Shown here: positions 19,382 through 28,952 of the stretch, piece after piece
Position numbering within the stretch: position 1 is the stretch's first letter
How the letters are laid out: each line of letters opens with the position of its first letter
From: Spirochaetia bacterium
GTDB lineage: Bacteria > Spirochaetota > Spirochaetia > DSM-27196 > Salinispiraceae
Assembly: GCA_038204425.1 (NCBI GenBank)
Contig: JBBRCZ010000014.1
Span: forward strand, 14,080-78,079
Length of the DNA stretch: 64,000 nt
Direction of reading: 5' to 3'
The notes under the pieces: generated by a model
What the model was told of the DNA's origin: nothing
What the model saw: only the letters and a program-made list of their open reading frames with translations
Databases searched by the model: none
Program-made: the position numbers and the translations under genes

Positions 19382-20152
19382 GTGGGTCAGAAAGTAAATC
19401 CGTACGGCTTGCGCCTTGGTATAAACAAGGACTGGAAATCCAAGTGGTTTGTTGATCCCCGAAACTACGCGGAAACCCTGCATGAGGATCTCAAGATCCG
19501 CAAGTTGGTACTTGGTCTAGAAGAGACCAAAAACGCAGACATTTCCGATATTGAAATCACGCGGCATCCGCAAAGGATCGTGTTGGTTGTTCACACTGCA
19601 CGTCCTGGCGTCATCATTGGCCAAAAGGGTGCTACCATCGAAAAGATTTCTGAAATCTTAATGAAAAAGGTGGGTAAGTCCATCCAAGTTAAGGTCAAAG
19701 AAATTAAGAAGCCAGAAATAGATGCGCAGTTGATAGCTATCAATGTTGCTCGTCAATTAAAAGGCCGTGCTTCTTTCCGCAAGACCCTCAAGGTTTCTGC
19801 TACAGCAGCCATGAAGGGTGGAGCTCAGGGTGTCAAGCTAATTGTTGCTGGTCGTCTCGGCGGTGCGGAAATGAGTCGTACTGAATCGACGATGCAAGGC
19901 CGGGTGCCTTTGCATACACTTCGAGCCAACATAGATTACGGTTTTGCCGAAGCCAATACCACCTTTGGTGTAATTGGAGTAAAGGTTTACGTCTTTACTG
20001 GTGAAGTTCTCCGTAAGGATGGCAAAGAAGACGCCGGTTCCATGGTTCGCAAGAAGCGTGATGGTAGTGAGGATCGAACAGAGAGATCTGATCGAGGTGA
20101 ACGCCCTGCTCGTCGTGACGGCCGTACGGACCGAAACGGAACAAGGAGTTAA
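19382..20152 (+). CDS. rpsC: 30S ribosomal protein S3
   Basis: MGQKVNPYGLRLG, GRLGGAEM, PLHTLRANIDY. Confidence 0.99.
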   Translation: MGQKVNPYGLRLGINKDWKSKWFVDPRNYAETLHEDLKIRKLVLGLEETKNADISDIEITRHPQRIVLVVHTARPGVIIGQKGATIEKISEILMKKVGKSIQVKVKEIKKPEIDAQLIAINVARQLKGRASFRKTLKVSATAAMKGGAQGVKLIVAGRLGGAEMSRTESTMQGRVPLHTLRANIDYGFAEANTTFGVIGVKVYVFTGEVLRKDGKEDAGSMVRKKRDGSEDRTERSDRGERPARRDGRTDRNGTRS

Positions 20153-20155
20153 GCT

Positions 20156-20581
20156 GTGCTCGCACCAAAGAGACTCAAATTTAGAAAAAAGCAGCGCCGT
20201 ATTCGTACAACGCTCTTAGGAACAGCCCAGACAGGTAACTATGTCGCCAATGGTGACTTTGGTTTGATGTCTTTGGACAGTTTCTGGGTAACCAATCGTC
20301 AATTGGAAGCCGCTCGTATTGCACTTACCCGCCACATTAAGCGCGGTGGTAAAGTGTGGATAAGAGTCTTTCCTGACATGCCATTTACCAAGAAACCTGC
20401 TGAAACTCGAATGGGTAAGGGTAAGGGTAATCCAGAAGGATGGGTAGTTTGTGTCCGTCCCGGAAAGATTCTCTTCGAAATCGGTGGTGTGGAACGCGAA
20501 CTGGCTGAACAAGCTATGCGTCTTGCATCATCTAAATTGCCGATAGCCACGAAGTTTGTCGTTCGTGAGGATATGGAGTAA
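20156..20581 (+). CDS. rplP: 50S ribosomal protein L16
   Basis: [21 protein letters not shown]. Confidence 0.99.
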   Translation: MLAPKRLKFRKKQRRIRTTLLGTAQTGNYVANGDFGLMSLDSFWVTNRQLEAARIALTRHIKRGGKVWIRVFPDMPFTKKPAETRMGKGKGNPEGWVVCVRPGKILFEIGGVERELAEQAMRLASSKLPIATKFVVREDME

Positions 20582-20584
20582 GTC

Positions 20585-20782
20585 ATGAAAAATTCATTCA
20601 AGGAACTTACGTTCAAGGAACTTGTTCAGAAGCGCGAAGACCTCAAGAAAGAGTTTTTCGATTTACGTTTCAAAATGGTAGTTGGACACGTTGACAATCC
20701 GCTTGTAAAGCGTACTGTTCGTCGTTCGATTGCAAGGCTGAACAACCTAATTTACAACCACCCTGATGTGGTGGGCAAGTAA
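20585..20782 (+). CDS. rpmC: 50S ribosomal protein L29
   Basis: [10 protein letters not shown]...RRSIARL; position in operon. Confidence 0.95.
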   Translation: MKNSFKELTFKELVQKREDLKKEFFDLRFKMVVGHVDNPLVKRTVRRSIARLNNLIYNHPDVVGK

Positions 20783-20794
20783 CTGGAGTAGCCC

Positions 20795-21067
20795 GTGGAA
20801 CAAAAAACTCTTTCAAAAGAGCGTCTCCGCAAAACCTTTACTGGTCTTGTGGTGAGCGAAAAAATGGAAAAAACGGTGGTGGTGCAGGTAACAACCAAAA
20901 AAATGCATCGCCTCTATAAAAAGTTTATTACCCAGTCCAAACGGCTGAAAGTTGATGATCCTGAGAGTCAGGCTCATGAAGGTGACACCGTTAGGGTTGA
21001 AGAATGTCGACCAGTATCGAAAGATAAGGTTTGGCGCCTGGTAGAAATCGTCGAACGAGCTCGTTAA
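20795..21067 (+). CDS. rpsQ: 30S ribosomal protein S17
   Basis: GLVVSEKMEKTVVV...ECRPVSKDKVW. Confidence 0.97.
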   Translation: MEQKTLSKERLRKTFTGLVVSEKMEKTVVVQVTTKKMHRLYKKFITQSKRLKVDDPESQAHEGDTVRVEECRPVSKDKVWRLVEIVERAR

Positions 21068-21094
21068 AGCTCGTTTTTGGAGAGGTAGCAGTTT

Positions 21095-21463
21095 ATGGTA
21101 CAGATGCAAACGTTCTTAAATGTTGCCGACAACTCAGGCGCCAAAATCGTCCAGTGCATTAAAGTACTTGGCGGTTCAAAACGGCGGACTGCAGGTGTAG
21201 GTGACATAATAGTGGTGGCGGTAAAAGATGCCACTCCCAATGCCCCTGTTAAAAAAGGTAGCGTTGAAAAAGCAGTTATTGTAAGAACAAGTAAGGAACA
21301 TCGTCGTATTGACGGTACCTATATCAGGTTTGATGATAATGCCTGTGTAATTATCGATGCTAACCACAACCCCAAGGGCAAACGTATATTTGGCCCTGTT
21401 GCTCGTGAGCTTCGCGATCTCGATTATATGAAAATCGTTTCGCTTGCTCCCGAGGTACTGTGA
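21095..21463 (+). CDS. rplN: 50S ribosomal protein L14
   Basis: VADNSGAK...[11 protein letters not shown]...SLAPEVL. Confidence 0.99.
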   Translation: MVQMQTFLNVADNSGAKIVQCIKVLGGSKRRTAGVGDIIVVAVKDATPNAPVKKGSVEKAVIVRTSKEHRRIDGTYIRFDDNACVIIDANHNPKGKRIFGPVARELRDLDYMKIVSLAPEVL

Positions 21464-21474
21464 GGAGCCAAAAA

Positions 21475-21801
21475 ATGTCTGAAGACTTAAAAATCAACAC
21501 CAAGTTGAAGAAAGATGACGTAGTTGTGGTAATCGCTGGCAAGGAAAAAGGCAAGACTGGTAGAATTCTTAGGATTGATACCAAGGTTGGCCGAGTACTT
21601 GTTGAGGGTATCAACATGGTCAAAAAGGCTAAGAAGAAAAAAAGCCAACAGGATCAAGGTGGGATTATCGATATCGAAGCCACAATTGACATTTCCAATG
21701 TTCAATTGATGGACAAGAGTGGTAAGCCAACAAGGATCAAGATCAAAGAAGAGGGTGGCAAGCGCATTCGCGTCGCTGCTCGCACGGGAGAAGCACTGTA
21801 A
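21475..21801 (+). CDS. rplX: 50S ribosomal protein L24
   Basis: [18 protein letters not shown] (KOW motif); GAGGAG upstream of ATG at 21475. Confidence 0.97.
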   Translation: MSEDLKINTKLKKDDVVVVIAGKEKGKTGRILRIDTKVGRVLVEGINMVKKAKKKKSQQDQGGIIDIEATIDISNVQLMDKSGKPTRIKIKEEGGKRIRVAARTGEAL

Positions 21802-22379
21802 TGGCAGCGGCAAAAGAAACCAAAAAGGAACATTCATATGTTCCAAGCCTCAAGACGGCCTTCAAGGAAAAAATTGCCCCTGAACTCTTTAAGGAATTCG
21901 GTTTCACGAGCGTGATGCAAGTGCCACGTCTCGAAAAAGTGATCGTTTCCATGGGTGTGGGCATCGCAACCGGTAACAAGAAGATTCTTGACAATTCAGT
22001 TAATGAAATGGGTTTGATAACCGGGCAAAGAGCAGTAAAGACCAAGGCCAAGAAGTCGATAGCCAACTTTAAGTTGCGCGAAGGCATGGAAATTGGGTGT
22101 AAGGTTACCTTGCGCGGCAATCGAATGTTTGAGTTTCTTGATCGTTTTATAAACGTTGCTTTACCCCGAGTAAAGGACTTCCGCGGAGTTAATCCAAACG
22201 GTTTTGATGGACATGGTAATTTTTCCATGGGCGTTACCGAGCAGATTATTTTCCCGGAAATCGACTATGACAAGATCGACCGGATAAGTGGGATGAACGT
22301 AGCCATCGTTACCACGGCTCCTAACGACCAGGAAGCAAAAGCCCTGCTTGCAAAGCTCGGCATGCCCTTCCGCAAATAA
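21801..22379 (+). CDS. rplE: 50S ribosomal protein L5
   Basis: [31 protein letters not shown]. Confidence 0.99.
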   Translation: MAAAKETKKEHSYVPSLKTAFKEKIAPELFKEFGFTSVMQVPRLEKVIVSMGVGIATGNKKILDNSVNEMGLITGQRAVKTKAKKSIANFKLREGMEIGCKVTLRGNRMFEFLDRFINVALPRVKDFRGVNPNGFDGHGNFSMGVTEQIIFPEIDYDKIDRISGMNVAIVTTAPNDQEAKALLAKLGMPFRK

Positions 22380-22391
22380 AAGAGGTGTGAC

Positions 22392-22577
22392 ATGGCTCGT
22401 CTAGCGATGATCCTTAAGGCGCAAAAAACGCCAAAGTTCATGACCCGCAAAGTCAACCGCTGTAGATTGTGCGGTCGACAACGTGGTTATCTGCGAAAGT
22501 TTCAAATGTGCCGCTTGTGTTTCCGCAAGCTGGCTAGCCAAGGCTTGATTCCAGGCGTTACAAAGTCCAGCTGGTAA
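22392..22577 (+). CDS. rpsN: 30S ribosomal protein S14, Zn-binding (type Z)
   Basis: RCRLCGR...MCRLCFR...PGVTKSSW. Confidence 0.98.
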   Translation: MARLAMILKAQKTPKFMTRKVNRCRLCGRQRGYLRKFQMCRLCFRKLASQGLIPGVTKSSW

Positions 22578-22589
22578 GAGGAGTTTTGA

Positions 22590-22988
22590 ATGAGCGTATC
22601 TGATCCAATTGCAGACATGCTGACCAAGATCCGTAATGCAAGCATGGCGGGTCTGGAAAAAGTGGATATAACATCTTCAAAGTTGAAACTCGAAATCGTA
22701 AAGATTTTGAAAAACGAAGGTTATATCAAAAATTTCAAGAAAGTCACACAGGATGAACTGAACGTTCTGCGTGTTTATCTCAAGTATGATGAGAAGTCTA
22801 AGCCGATAATTCACGGCATCCAGAAGATATCTACTCCTGGTCGAAGAATTTACACAGGCTATAAGAATCTTCCCCGCGTCATCAACGGCTACGGCACTTT
22901 AATTGTGTCAACTTCTGTCGGTGTTACTACCGGCAAAAAAGCTGCTGAGAAAAAAGTCGGTGGGGAACTCATTTGTTCAGTATGGTAA
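22590..22988 (+). CDS. rpsH: 30S ribosomal protein S8
   Basis: [13 protein letters not shown]...GGELICSVW. Confidence 0.99.
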   Translation: MSVSDPIADMLTKIRNASMAGLEKVDITSSKLKLEIVKILKNEGYIKNFKKVTQDELNVLRVYLKYDEKSKPIIHGIQKISTPGRRIYTGYKNLPRVINGYGTLIVSTSVGVTTGKKAAEKKVGGELICSVW

Positions 22989-22998
22989 GGAGCACGTA

Positions 22999-23538
22999 AT
23001 GTCCAGAATAGGAAAAATGCCCGTTGCTATCCCTGCGGGTGTAAAAATCAACGTTACTCCTGAATCCTTTACGGTAGAAGGACCCAAGGGAAAGCTGACT
23101 CAGTCGTATCTTCCAGAAGTGGAGATTAAGATTGATGGCGGTGTGGCCCAAGTGAGCCGCAAGTCCGAAACCAAAGTCGCCAAGTCACTACATGGTTTGT
23201 ATCGCAAGCTATTGTTTAACTTGGTCGAGGGTGTATCAAAAGGGTTCAGTAAAACGCTGTTAATCAGTGGAGTAGGTTACCGTGCCGAGTTGAAAGGTAA
23301 GAGTCTTTTGCTTAACTTGGGATATTCCAATCAAATGGAATACATCGTTCCTGACGGTATTACTATCGTTTTGGAAGGACAAACCAAGATTCAAGTTTCA
23401 GGCATCGATAAGGTTCAAGTTGGTCAGGTAAGCGCAGAAATTCGGTCTATTCGGCCTCCTGAGCCATACAAGGGCAAGGGCATTAAGTACGATACCGAAG
23501 TAATCCGCCGCAAGGTCGGAAAATCAGGTATCAAATAA
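22999..23538 (+). CDS. rplF: 50S ribosomal protein L6
   Basis: MSRIGKMP...RPPEPYKGKGIKY. Confidence 0.99.
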   Translation: MSRIGKMPVAIPAGVKINVTPESFTVEGPKGKLTQSYLPEVEIKIDGGVAQVSRKSETKVAKSLHGLYRKLLFNLVEGVSKGFSKTLLISGVGYRAELKGKSLLLNLGYSNQMEYIVPDGITIVLEGQTKIQVSGIDKVQVGQVSAEIRSIRPPEPYKGKGIKYDTEVIRRKVGKSGIK

Positions 23539-23552
23539 GGCAGGTAGGCAGA

Positions 23553-23909
23553 ATGAGTCGAATACTTATAAAGCAAAGAAGAAGTGCACGACGTAAAGTC
23601 AGAATTCGCGGCAAGATTAGCGGTACAGCGCTGAGTCCAAGAATTAGCGTTTTCAAAAGCAACAAGCATCTTTACGCTCAGGTGATTGACGACGTAGCCG
23701 GTAAGACTTTGGCTGCTGTTTCAAACCTTGGCGAGTTTAAGAATCTCAAGGTAAATGTGGCCGATGCTGAAAAGCTTGGTCAGGCCCTTGGCGAAAAAAT
23801 GAAGGCTATTAACATTACTGGTGCGGTTTTTGACCGTAACGGCAATCTCTTTCACGGAGTAGTTAAGGCGCTCGCTGATGGCACCCGCAAAGCCGGGATA
23901 AAGTTCTAG
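23553..23909 (+). CDS. rplR: 50S ribosomal protein L18
   Basis: [15 protein letters not shown]...VFDRNG. Confidence 0.98.
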   Translation: MSRILIKQRRSARRKVRIRGKISGTALSPRISVFKSNKHLYAQVIDDVAGKTLAAVSNLGEFKNLKVNVADAEKLGQALGEKMKAINITGAVFDRNGNLFHGVVKALADGTRKAGIKF

Positions 23910-23918
23910 GGGGAAGTA

Positions 23919-24422
23919 GTGGAAAAGTATAATCGCGATGGTGAAAAAGAATTCGTCGAAAAGCTCATTACCCTCAATCGAACTGCCAAGGTAGTTAAAG
24001 GCGGTCGTCGTTTCTCGTTTTCAGCTCTCGTTATAGTTGGAGACAAGAAAGGTCGAGTAGGATACGGTTTTGGTAAGGCCAATGACGTTTCCGAAGCCAT
24101 TCGCAAGAGTGTTGAGCGAGCAAAGCGCAACCTTATTCAAATAAATATTAAGAAAAGTACCATCCCTCACGAGGTAAAGGGAGCGTTTAAGGCCAGTTAT
24201 GTCTACCTTAAGCCTGCCGCACCAGGTGCCGGAATTATTGCCGGTGGACCAACCCGAGCCATAATGGAATTGGGTGGTATTTCGGATATTCTTTCAAAAT
24301 CAGTAGGTTCCCGAAACACTATGAACGTAGTTAGGGCAGTTTTTGATGGAATTTCTCGTTTGTATAATGCAAGAGATATTGCCAAGAACCGTGGTAAGTC
24401 GTTGCAGGATCTTTGGGGGTAA
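23919..24422 (+). CDS. rpsE: 30S ribosomal protein S5
   Basis: [18 protein letters not shown]. Confidence 0.99.
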   Translation: MEKYNRDGEKEFVEKLITLNRTAKVVKGGRRFSFSALVIVGDKKGRVGYGFGKANDVSEAIRKSVERAKRNLIQINIKKSTIPHEVKGAFKASYVYLKPAAPGAGIIAGGPTRAIMELGGISDILSKSVGSRNTMNVVRAVFDGISRLYNARDIAKNRGKSLQDLWG

Positions 24423-24424
24423 GC

Positions 24425-24607
24425 GTGAAGCTTAAAATTACATTGGTGCGCAGCACCATAGGCAAGATTCCCAAGCATCGTGGAACAATACGAGCACTGG
24501 GACTAAGAAAACTGCATCACAGTGTCGTGCATGATAAAAACCCAATGATTCTGGGTATGATAAATGCTGTCTCCTATATGTTAGAAGTTGAGGAGGTCGC
24601 CAAGTGA
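24425..24607 (+). CDS. rpmD: 50S ribosomal protein L30
   Basis: LKITLVRSTIG...ALGLRK...GMI. Confidence 0.96.
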   Translation: MKLKITLVRSTIGKIPKHRGTIRALGLRKLHHSVVHDKNPMILGMINAVSYMLEVEEVAK

Positions 24608-25065
24608 GTATGATTAAAAAGCCGCTGGGTGCAACCAAGTCTCGTAAACGTTTGGGTCGAGGTCCTTCGAGCGGTACCGGCGGTACGTCCGGTAAGGGCG
24701 AGAATGGCCAAAACTCACGTTCGGGCGGCGGCGTAAGACCAGGTTTTGAAGGTGGTCAAATGCCGTTGTATCGGCGCTTGCCGATGAGAGGGTTTTCCAA
24801 CTACCCCTTCAAAATTACAGCAGTTTCTGTGAACCTGCGCGACCTAGAGGCCAAATTTTCTGCTGGTGAAACAGTGAGCTATGAAAGCCTGGTTCAAAAG
24901 AAGATCATTAAGCCTTCTTCTGGATATGTCAAAATTCTGGGAACGGGCGATATAACCAAAGCCCTGACGATTAAATATCTGGATATCTCCGCTTCAGCGG
25001 CAGAAAAAATAAAAGCTGTCGGTGGTACCATCACTGACCTCCAGGAAAGCAAAGATGGCGAGTAA
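24604..25065 (+). CDS. rplO: 50S ribosomal protein L15
   Basis: RLGRGPSSG...GFEGGQMPLYRRLP. Confidence 0.99.
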   Translation: MSMIKKPLGATKSRKRLGRGPSSGTGGTSGKGENGQNSRSGGGVRPGFEGGQMPLYRRLPMRGFSNYPFKITAVSVNLRDLEAKFSAGETVSYESLVQKKIIKPSSGYVKILGTGDITKALTIKYLDISASAAEKIKAVGGTITDLQESKDGE

Positions 25066-26383
25066 CGCGCTTCTTGACATAATGAGAATTAAGGATCTGA
25101 GGGACAGAATTTTCTTTACCCTCTTTATCCTTATCATTTACCGAATCGGTACAGTGGTGCCGATTCCTGGTATCAACTTTACGGTTATCCGTGACTACTT
25201 CCAACAGCAGCAAGCCGGCGGTGGCGGTCAAATTGAGCTGTTTCTTGACTTCTTTTCGGGCGGCGCCTTCTCAAACTTTTCGGTATTTATGTTGGGTATT
25301 ATGCCTTACATTTCTATGTCCATTATCATGCAGTTAGTTATGGTAGTGTTTCCAAGGTTTAAGAAGATGTCAGAAGAAGACGGTGGCAAGAAAAAGATCA
25401 AGAGGATCACTCGTTACGGTACAATCGTTGTTTGTTTGGTTCAGGCTGTCGCCGTTATAGCCTACGCGGATCAGATCCCACAGGCGATTATGAAGGGCTT
25501 CGATAAGTCGCTTTATATTGTCGTATCAATGCTGACGGTCACAACGGGTACACTATTTTTGATGTGGCTTGGCGAACAAATTAGTCAACGTGGTATCGGA
25601 AACGGTATTTCTTTGATCATTTTCGCCGGTATCGTTGCCCGCTTGCCTTCGGCTGTAATTCAGTTGTTTAATATGGTAAACAATGGTGACATTAATCCAA
25701 TTTTTGTAATGATTGCTTTGTCGCTCTTTGTAGTAGTAATCGTGCTGGTTATTTATGAACAGAGGGGTCAAAGAAAGATTCCTGTCAATTACGCAAAAAG
25801 AGTAGTTGGAAGGAAGATGTACGGCTCGCAAAGCACCTACATTCCTTTCAAGATTAATCCATCAGGCGTTATTCCTGTTATCTTTGCATCGGCTATCATA
25901 CAGTTTCCCCTGCAAATAGCTCAGATGTTTGGACCTGGAATACGTTGGATGTCGGACTTGGCTAGCTTCCTCAATCCGAGTGGAGTTCCCTATATGGTCT
26001 TGTATACGCTGTTAATCATATTCTTTGCGTATTTCTATACCCAAGTGAGTCTGAACCCTATTGAAATTTCCCGTCAGATCAGGGAAAATGGCGGTTCGAT
26101 TCCCGGTATTAGGTCGGAAAAGACAGAAGAGTATTTATCCAGGGTTCTAAGTAGAATAATCCTCCCTGGTGCGATATTCCTTGCCTTTATCGCCCTAATC
26201 CCAACAATAGTCCAAGGAGTGTTCAAGTTTCCACCATCAATAGCATATTTGATGGGTGGCACGAGCCTTCTTATTATCGTTGGCGTCGACCTGGATTTAA
26301 TGTCCCAAATCGAGGGTCAGTTGCGCATGCACCATCATGACGGCCTGACTAAGAAGGGCCGTATCCGGGGCAGAAACCTGTAA
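25055..26383 (+). CDS. secY: Preprotein translocase subunit SecY
   Basis: LGIMPYI, GIGNGIS, PGIR, GGTSLLIIVGV. Confidence 0.99.
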   Translation: MASNALLDIMRIKDLRDRIFFTLFILIIYRIGTVVPIPGINFTVIRDYFQQQQAGGGGQIELFLDFFSGGAFSNFSVFMLGIMPYISMSIIMQLVMVVFPRFKKMSEEDGGKKKIKRITRYGTIVVCLVQAVAVIAYADQIPQAIMKGFDKSLYIVVSMLTVTTGTLFLMWLGEQISQRGIGNGISLIIFAGIVARLPSAVIQLFNMVNNGDINPIFVMIALSLFVVVIVLVIYEQRGQRKIPVNYAKRVVGRKMYGSQSTYIPFKINPSGVIPVIFASAIIQFPLQIAQMFGPGIRWMSDLASFLNPSGVPYMVLYTLLIIFFAYFYTQVSLNPIEISRQIRENGGSIPGIRSEKTEEYLSRVLSRIILPGAIFLAFIALIPTIVQGVFKFPPSIAYLMGGTSLLIIVGVDLDLMSQIEGQLRMHHHDGLTKKGRIRGRNL

Positions 26384-26401
26384 TGAGATAAGGAACCAGA
26401 C

Positions 26402-26515
26402 ATGAAAGTTCGAGTGAGCGTGAAGCGCATTTGTGACAAGTGCAAGGTAATCAAGCGACGGGGAATTCTTCGTATTATTTGCGACAACCCTAAGCATAAG
26501 CAGAGACAAAGATAG
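26402..26515 (+). CDS. rpmJ: 50S ribosomal protein L36 (37 aa, below the ORF-track cutoff)
   Basis: Translated by hand: [37 protein letters not shown]. Confidence 0.97.
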   Translation: MKVRVSVKRICDKCKVIKRRGILRIICDNPKHKQRQR

Positions 26516-26526
26516 GAGGAAGCTGA

Positions 26527-26892
26527 ATGGCACGTATTGCCGGTGTTGACCTTCCCAACAAGCACCTTGAAATCGCCCTGACCTATATTTTTGGTATTGG
26601 TCGGACTTCTGCAAGGGATATTTGCTCAAAAGCAAAGATCCCATTTGAGAAGAAGGTACAGGAGCTCAGCAGTGATGAAGTAAACTCATTGCGAGCTATT
26701 ATTGAAAATGAATACAAGGTTGAAGGCCGCCTTCGCACCGAGATCTCGCTAAACATTAAGCGTCTCATGGATATCGGTTGCTATAGAGGTCTTCGACACC
26801 GCCGAGGATTGCCCGTTCGCGGTCAACGGACATCCACAAATGCGCGTACTCGTAAGGGTAAACGCAAGACGGTGGCTAACAAGAAGAAATAG
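26527..26892 (+). CDS. rpsM: 30S ribosomal protein S13
   Basis: [10 protein letters not shown]...[17 protein letters not shown]. Confidence 0.99.
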   Translation: MARIAGVDLPNKHLEIALTYIFGIGRTSARDICSKAKIPFEKKVQELSSDEVNSLRAIIENEYKVEGRLRTEISLNIKRLMDIGCYRGLRHRRGLPVRGQRTSTNARTRKGKRKTVANKKK

Positions 26893-26924
26893 GCCTGCTT
26901 AAGCCGATCACGGAGGAATACCAG

Positions 26925-27305
26925 GTGGCTAAGACCAAAAAGAAAAAAGAGAAAAAGTCAGTATTTGAGGGTAATGTCTATATTCAGGCTACTTTTAACA
27001 ATACGATTGTAACCGTAAGTGACCTGAACGGAAACGCCCTTTCTTGGGCGAGTGCAGGTGGCTTGGGCTTTAGAGGTGCAAAAAAATCTACCCCGTTTGC
27101 TGCGCAGACCACTGCGGAAACTGCAGCAAATAAGGCTTTAGATTACGGCCTCAGAGAAGTCAATGTGTTCGTCAAAGGACCCGGCGTTGGTCGTGAATCT
27201 GCGATCCGCTCCCTTGGCGCATTGGGTATTAAAGTAAAGTCCATCAAGGACGTTACCCCAATTCCGCACAATGGGTGCAGACCACGTAAGACCCGACGCG
27301 TCTAA
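26925..27305 (+). CDS. rpsK: 30S ribosomal protein S11
   Basis: ATFNNTIV...KSTPFAA...[12 protein letters not shown]. Confidence 0.99.
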   Translation: MAKTKKKKEKKSVFEGNVYIQATFNNTIVTVSDLNGNALSWASAGGLGFRGAKKSTPFAAQTTAETAANKALDYGLREVNVFVKGPGVGRESAIRSLGALGIKVKSIKDVTPIPHNGCRPRKTRRV

Positions 27306-27336
27306 TGACGCTATCAACGCAGCTTAAGGAGACCAA

Positions 27337-28395
27337 ATGGCACGCAAGAACCTATTGAAGGGATTCAAACGGCCTAAGGGGATTACCTACGAACCAACGG
27401 AAGTAACCCCTACTTACGGAAAATTTATTGCCCATCCTTTTGAGCGTGGATATGGTACGACGATTGGGAATACCCTTCGTCGTATCCTTATGTCCAGCAT
27501 TCAAGGATATGCAGTCACTGCCATCAGGATTAGTTCCTTTGATGCAAGCGGAATCCCGCATGTGCTTTCCAGTGAGTATGAGGCAATCCCTGGGGTGGTA
27601 GAAGACACTCCAGACTTTATTAATAGTCTCAAAATGCTTCAGCTAGAAATTCCTGAATTGATTGAGCAAAAGATTATCTACATCAACAAAAAGGGACCTT
27701 GCACCATAAGCGCAGCGGACTTGGAAGTTGACGCTGAGATCAAAGTTCAAAATAGTGACAAGCACCTGCTGACCTTGATGGAAGGCGCACATATTGAGCT
27801 CGAAGTTCAAATTGACTTGGGTCGCGGATATGTGCCTGCTGAGCAAAACGAAAAGTACATTGAAGAAATCGGAACCATACCTGTTGATGCGATTTTTAGC
27901 CCAATCAAAAGGGTAGTCTATGAAGTGGAAAACGTTCGCGTTGGACACCGTCAAGACTATGATAAATTAATTCTTCAATTGTGGACTAATGGTGCCATAA
28001 GTCCAGAGAACGCGCTAGCCGAAGCAGCCAAGATTGCTAAAGATCATTTTTCTATCTTTATTAACTTTGATGAAAACAATATCCTTAGTGATGACGATGG
28101 GGCAGACGAGCTTGGTGGTTTGAGTGATATTCTTAACACCCCTGTTGATGAACTGGAACTTTCAGTTCGTTCCTCAAACTGCCTAAAAAATGGTAGCATT
28201 CGTACCATTGGTGAGTTGATTGGCAAGACCGAAGATGAGCTTTCTAAGGTTAGAAACTTTGGAAAAAAATCCTTGCTTGAAATCAAGGATAAGCTTAAAG
28301 AGTGGGGCTTGAGTCTTGGCATGAAAGATATGAGTGTAATTAAGGGATCAGCAAGGATTCCGGTCAAGAAGGAAGAGTCAAAAGATGAAGCATAG
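27337..28395 (+). CDS. rpoA: RNA polymerase alpha subunit
   Basis: [36 protein letters not shown]. Confidence 0.99.
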   Translation: MARKNLLKGFKRPKGITYEPTEVTPTYGKFIAHPFERGYGTTIGNTLRRILMSSIQGYAVTAIRISSFDASGIPHVLSSEYEAIPGVVEDTPDFINSLKMLQLEIPELIEQKIIYINKKGPCTISAADLEVDAEIKVQNSDKHLLTLMEGAHIELEVQIDLGRGYVPAEQNEKYIEEIGTIPVDAIFSPIKRVVYEVENVRVGHRQDYDKLILQLWTNGAISPENALAEAAKIAKDHFSIFINFDENNILSDDDGADELGGLSDILNTPVDELELSVRSSNCLKNGSIRTIGELIGKTEDELSKVRNFGKKSLLEIKDKLKEWGLSLGMKDMSVIKGSARIPVKKEESKDEA

Positions 28396-28840
28396 AATCG
28401 GTTTTAACCGGCTTAGTCGAAAGGCAAGCCACCGAAGTGCCCTGATCAAAAATATGGTCACTTCACTATTTGAACACGAACGTATTACCACAACCAAGGC
28501 CAAAGCTTTGGCTATCAGGATTGTTGCTGAAAAAATGATTACTAGAGCAAAGGTAGATAGCGTTCACAATCGACGTATTGTTGGTAGAAGAATCACCGAC
28601 AAAGACGTTCAGGTTAAGCTGTTTACCAATATTGGTCCTCGCTTGAAGGACAGGCCTGGTGGTTATACACGCATCTACAAACTTGGCTTTCGCCAAGGTG
28701 ATGCGGCAGAAATGGTCTTGTTGGAACTTGTGGACAGAGTAGAACCTGAGCAGAAGGCAACTAAGTCCAAGAAAGAGACCAAGGATACAAAAGAAGTTAA
28801 AGAAACCAAGGAAGTTAAAGAGAAGGCTGCAAAGTCTTAA
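28385..28840 (+). CDS. rplQ: 50S ribosomal protein L17 with a K/E-rich tail
   Basis: [11 protein letters not shown]...RPGGYTRI...RQGDAA. Confidence 0.98.
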   Translation: MKHRIGFNRLSRKASHRSALIKNMVTSLFEHERITTTKAKALAIRIVAEKMITRAKVDSVHNRRIVGRRITDKDVQVKLFTNIGPRLKDRPGGYTRIYKLGFRQGDAAEMVLLELVDRVEPEQKATKSKKETKDTKEVKETKEVKEKAAKS

Positions 28841-28860
28841 CCGTATTTCAGCACTTTGAT

Positions 28861-28900
28861 GACTGCCGGTTCCCTTGTGGAGTCGGCAGTTTTTTATTTT
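28861..28900 (+). terminator. Rho-independent terminator closing the ribosomal superoperon
   Basis: GACTGCCGGTTCC-CTTGT-GGAGTCGGCAGTT followed by a T tract. Confidence 0.85.
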
Positions 28901-28952
28901 ATTCTTCGACTGTGGTTTGGAATAAGTAACAATCTACCGATTATAGTAAGGC

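Noticed and set aside
26383..27337. Absence of adk, map, infA and rpsD from the spc/alpha cluster, and tuf without rpsL-rpsG-fusA
   Set aside because: Matches the known Borrelia/Treponema-type gene order; used as a taxonomic clue, not a novelty.
14683..28696. Many long antisense or alternate-frame ORFs over tuf and the r-protein genes (e.g. 14683-15210, 18732-19337)
   Set aside because: Expected shadows of codon-biased, highly expressed genes; no motifs or RBS support.
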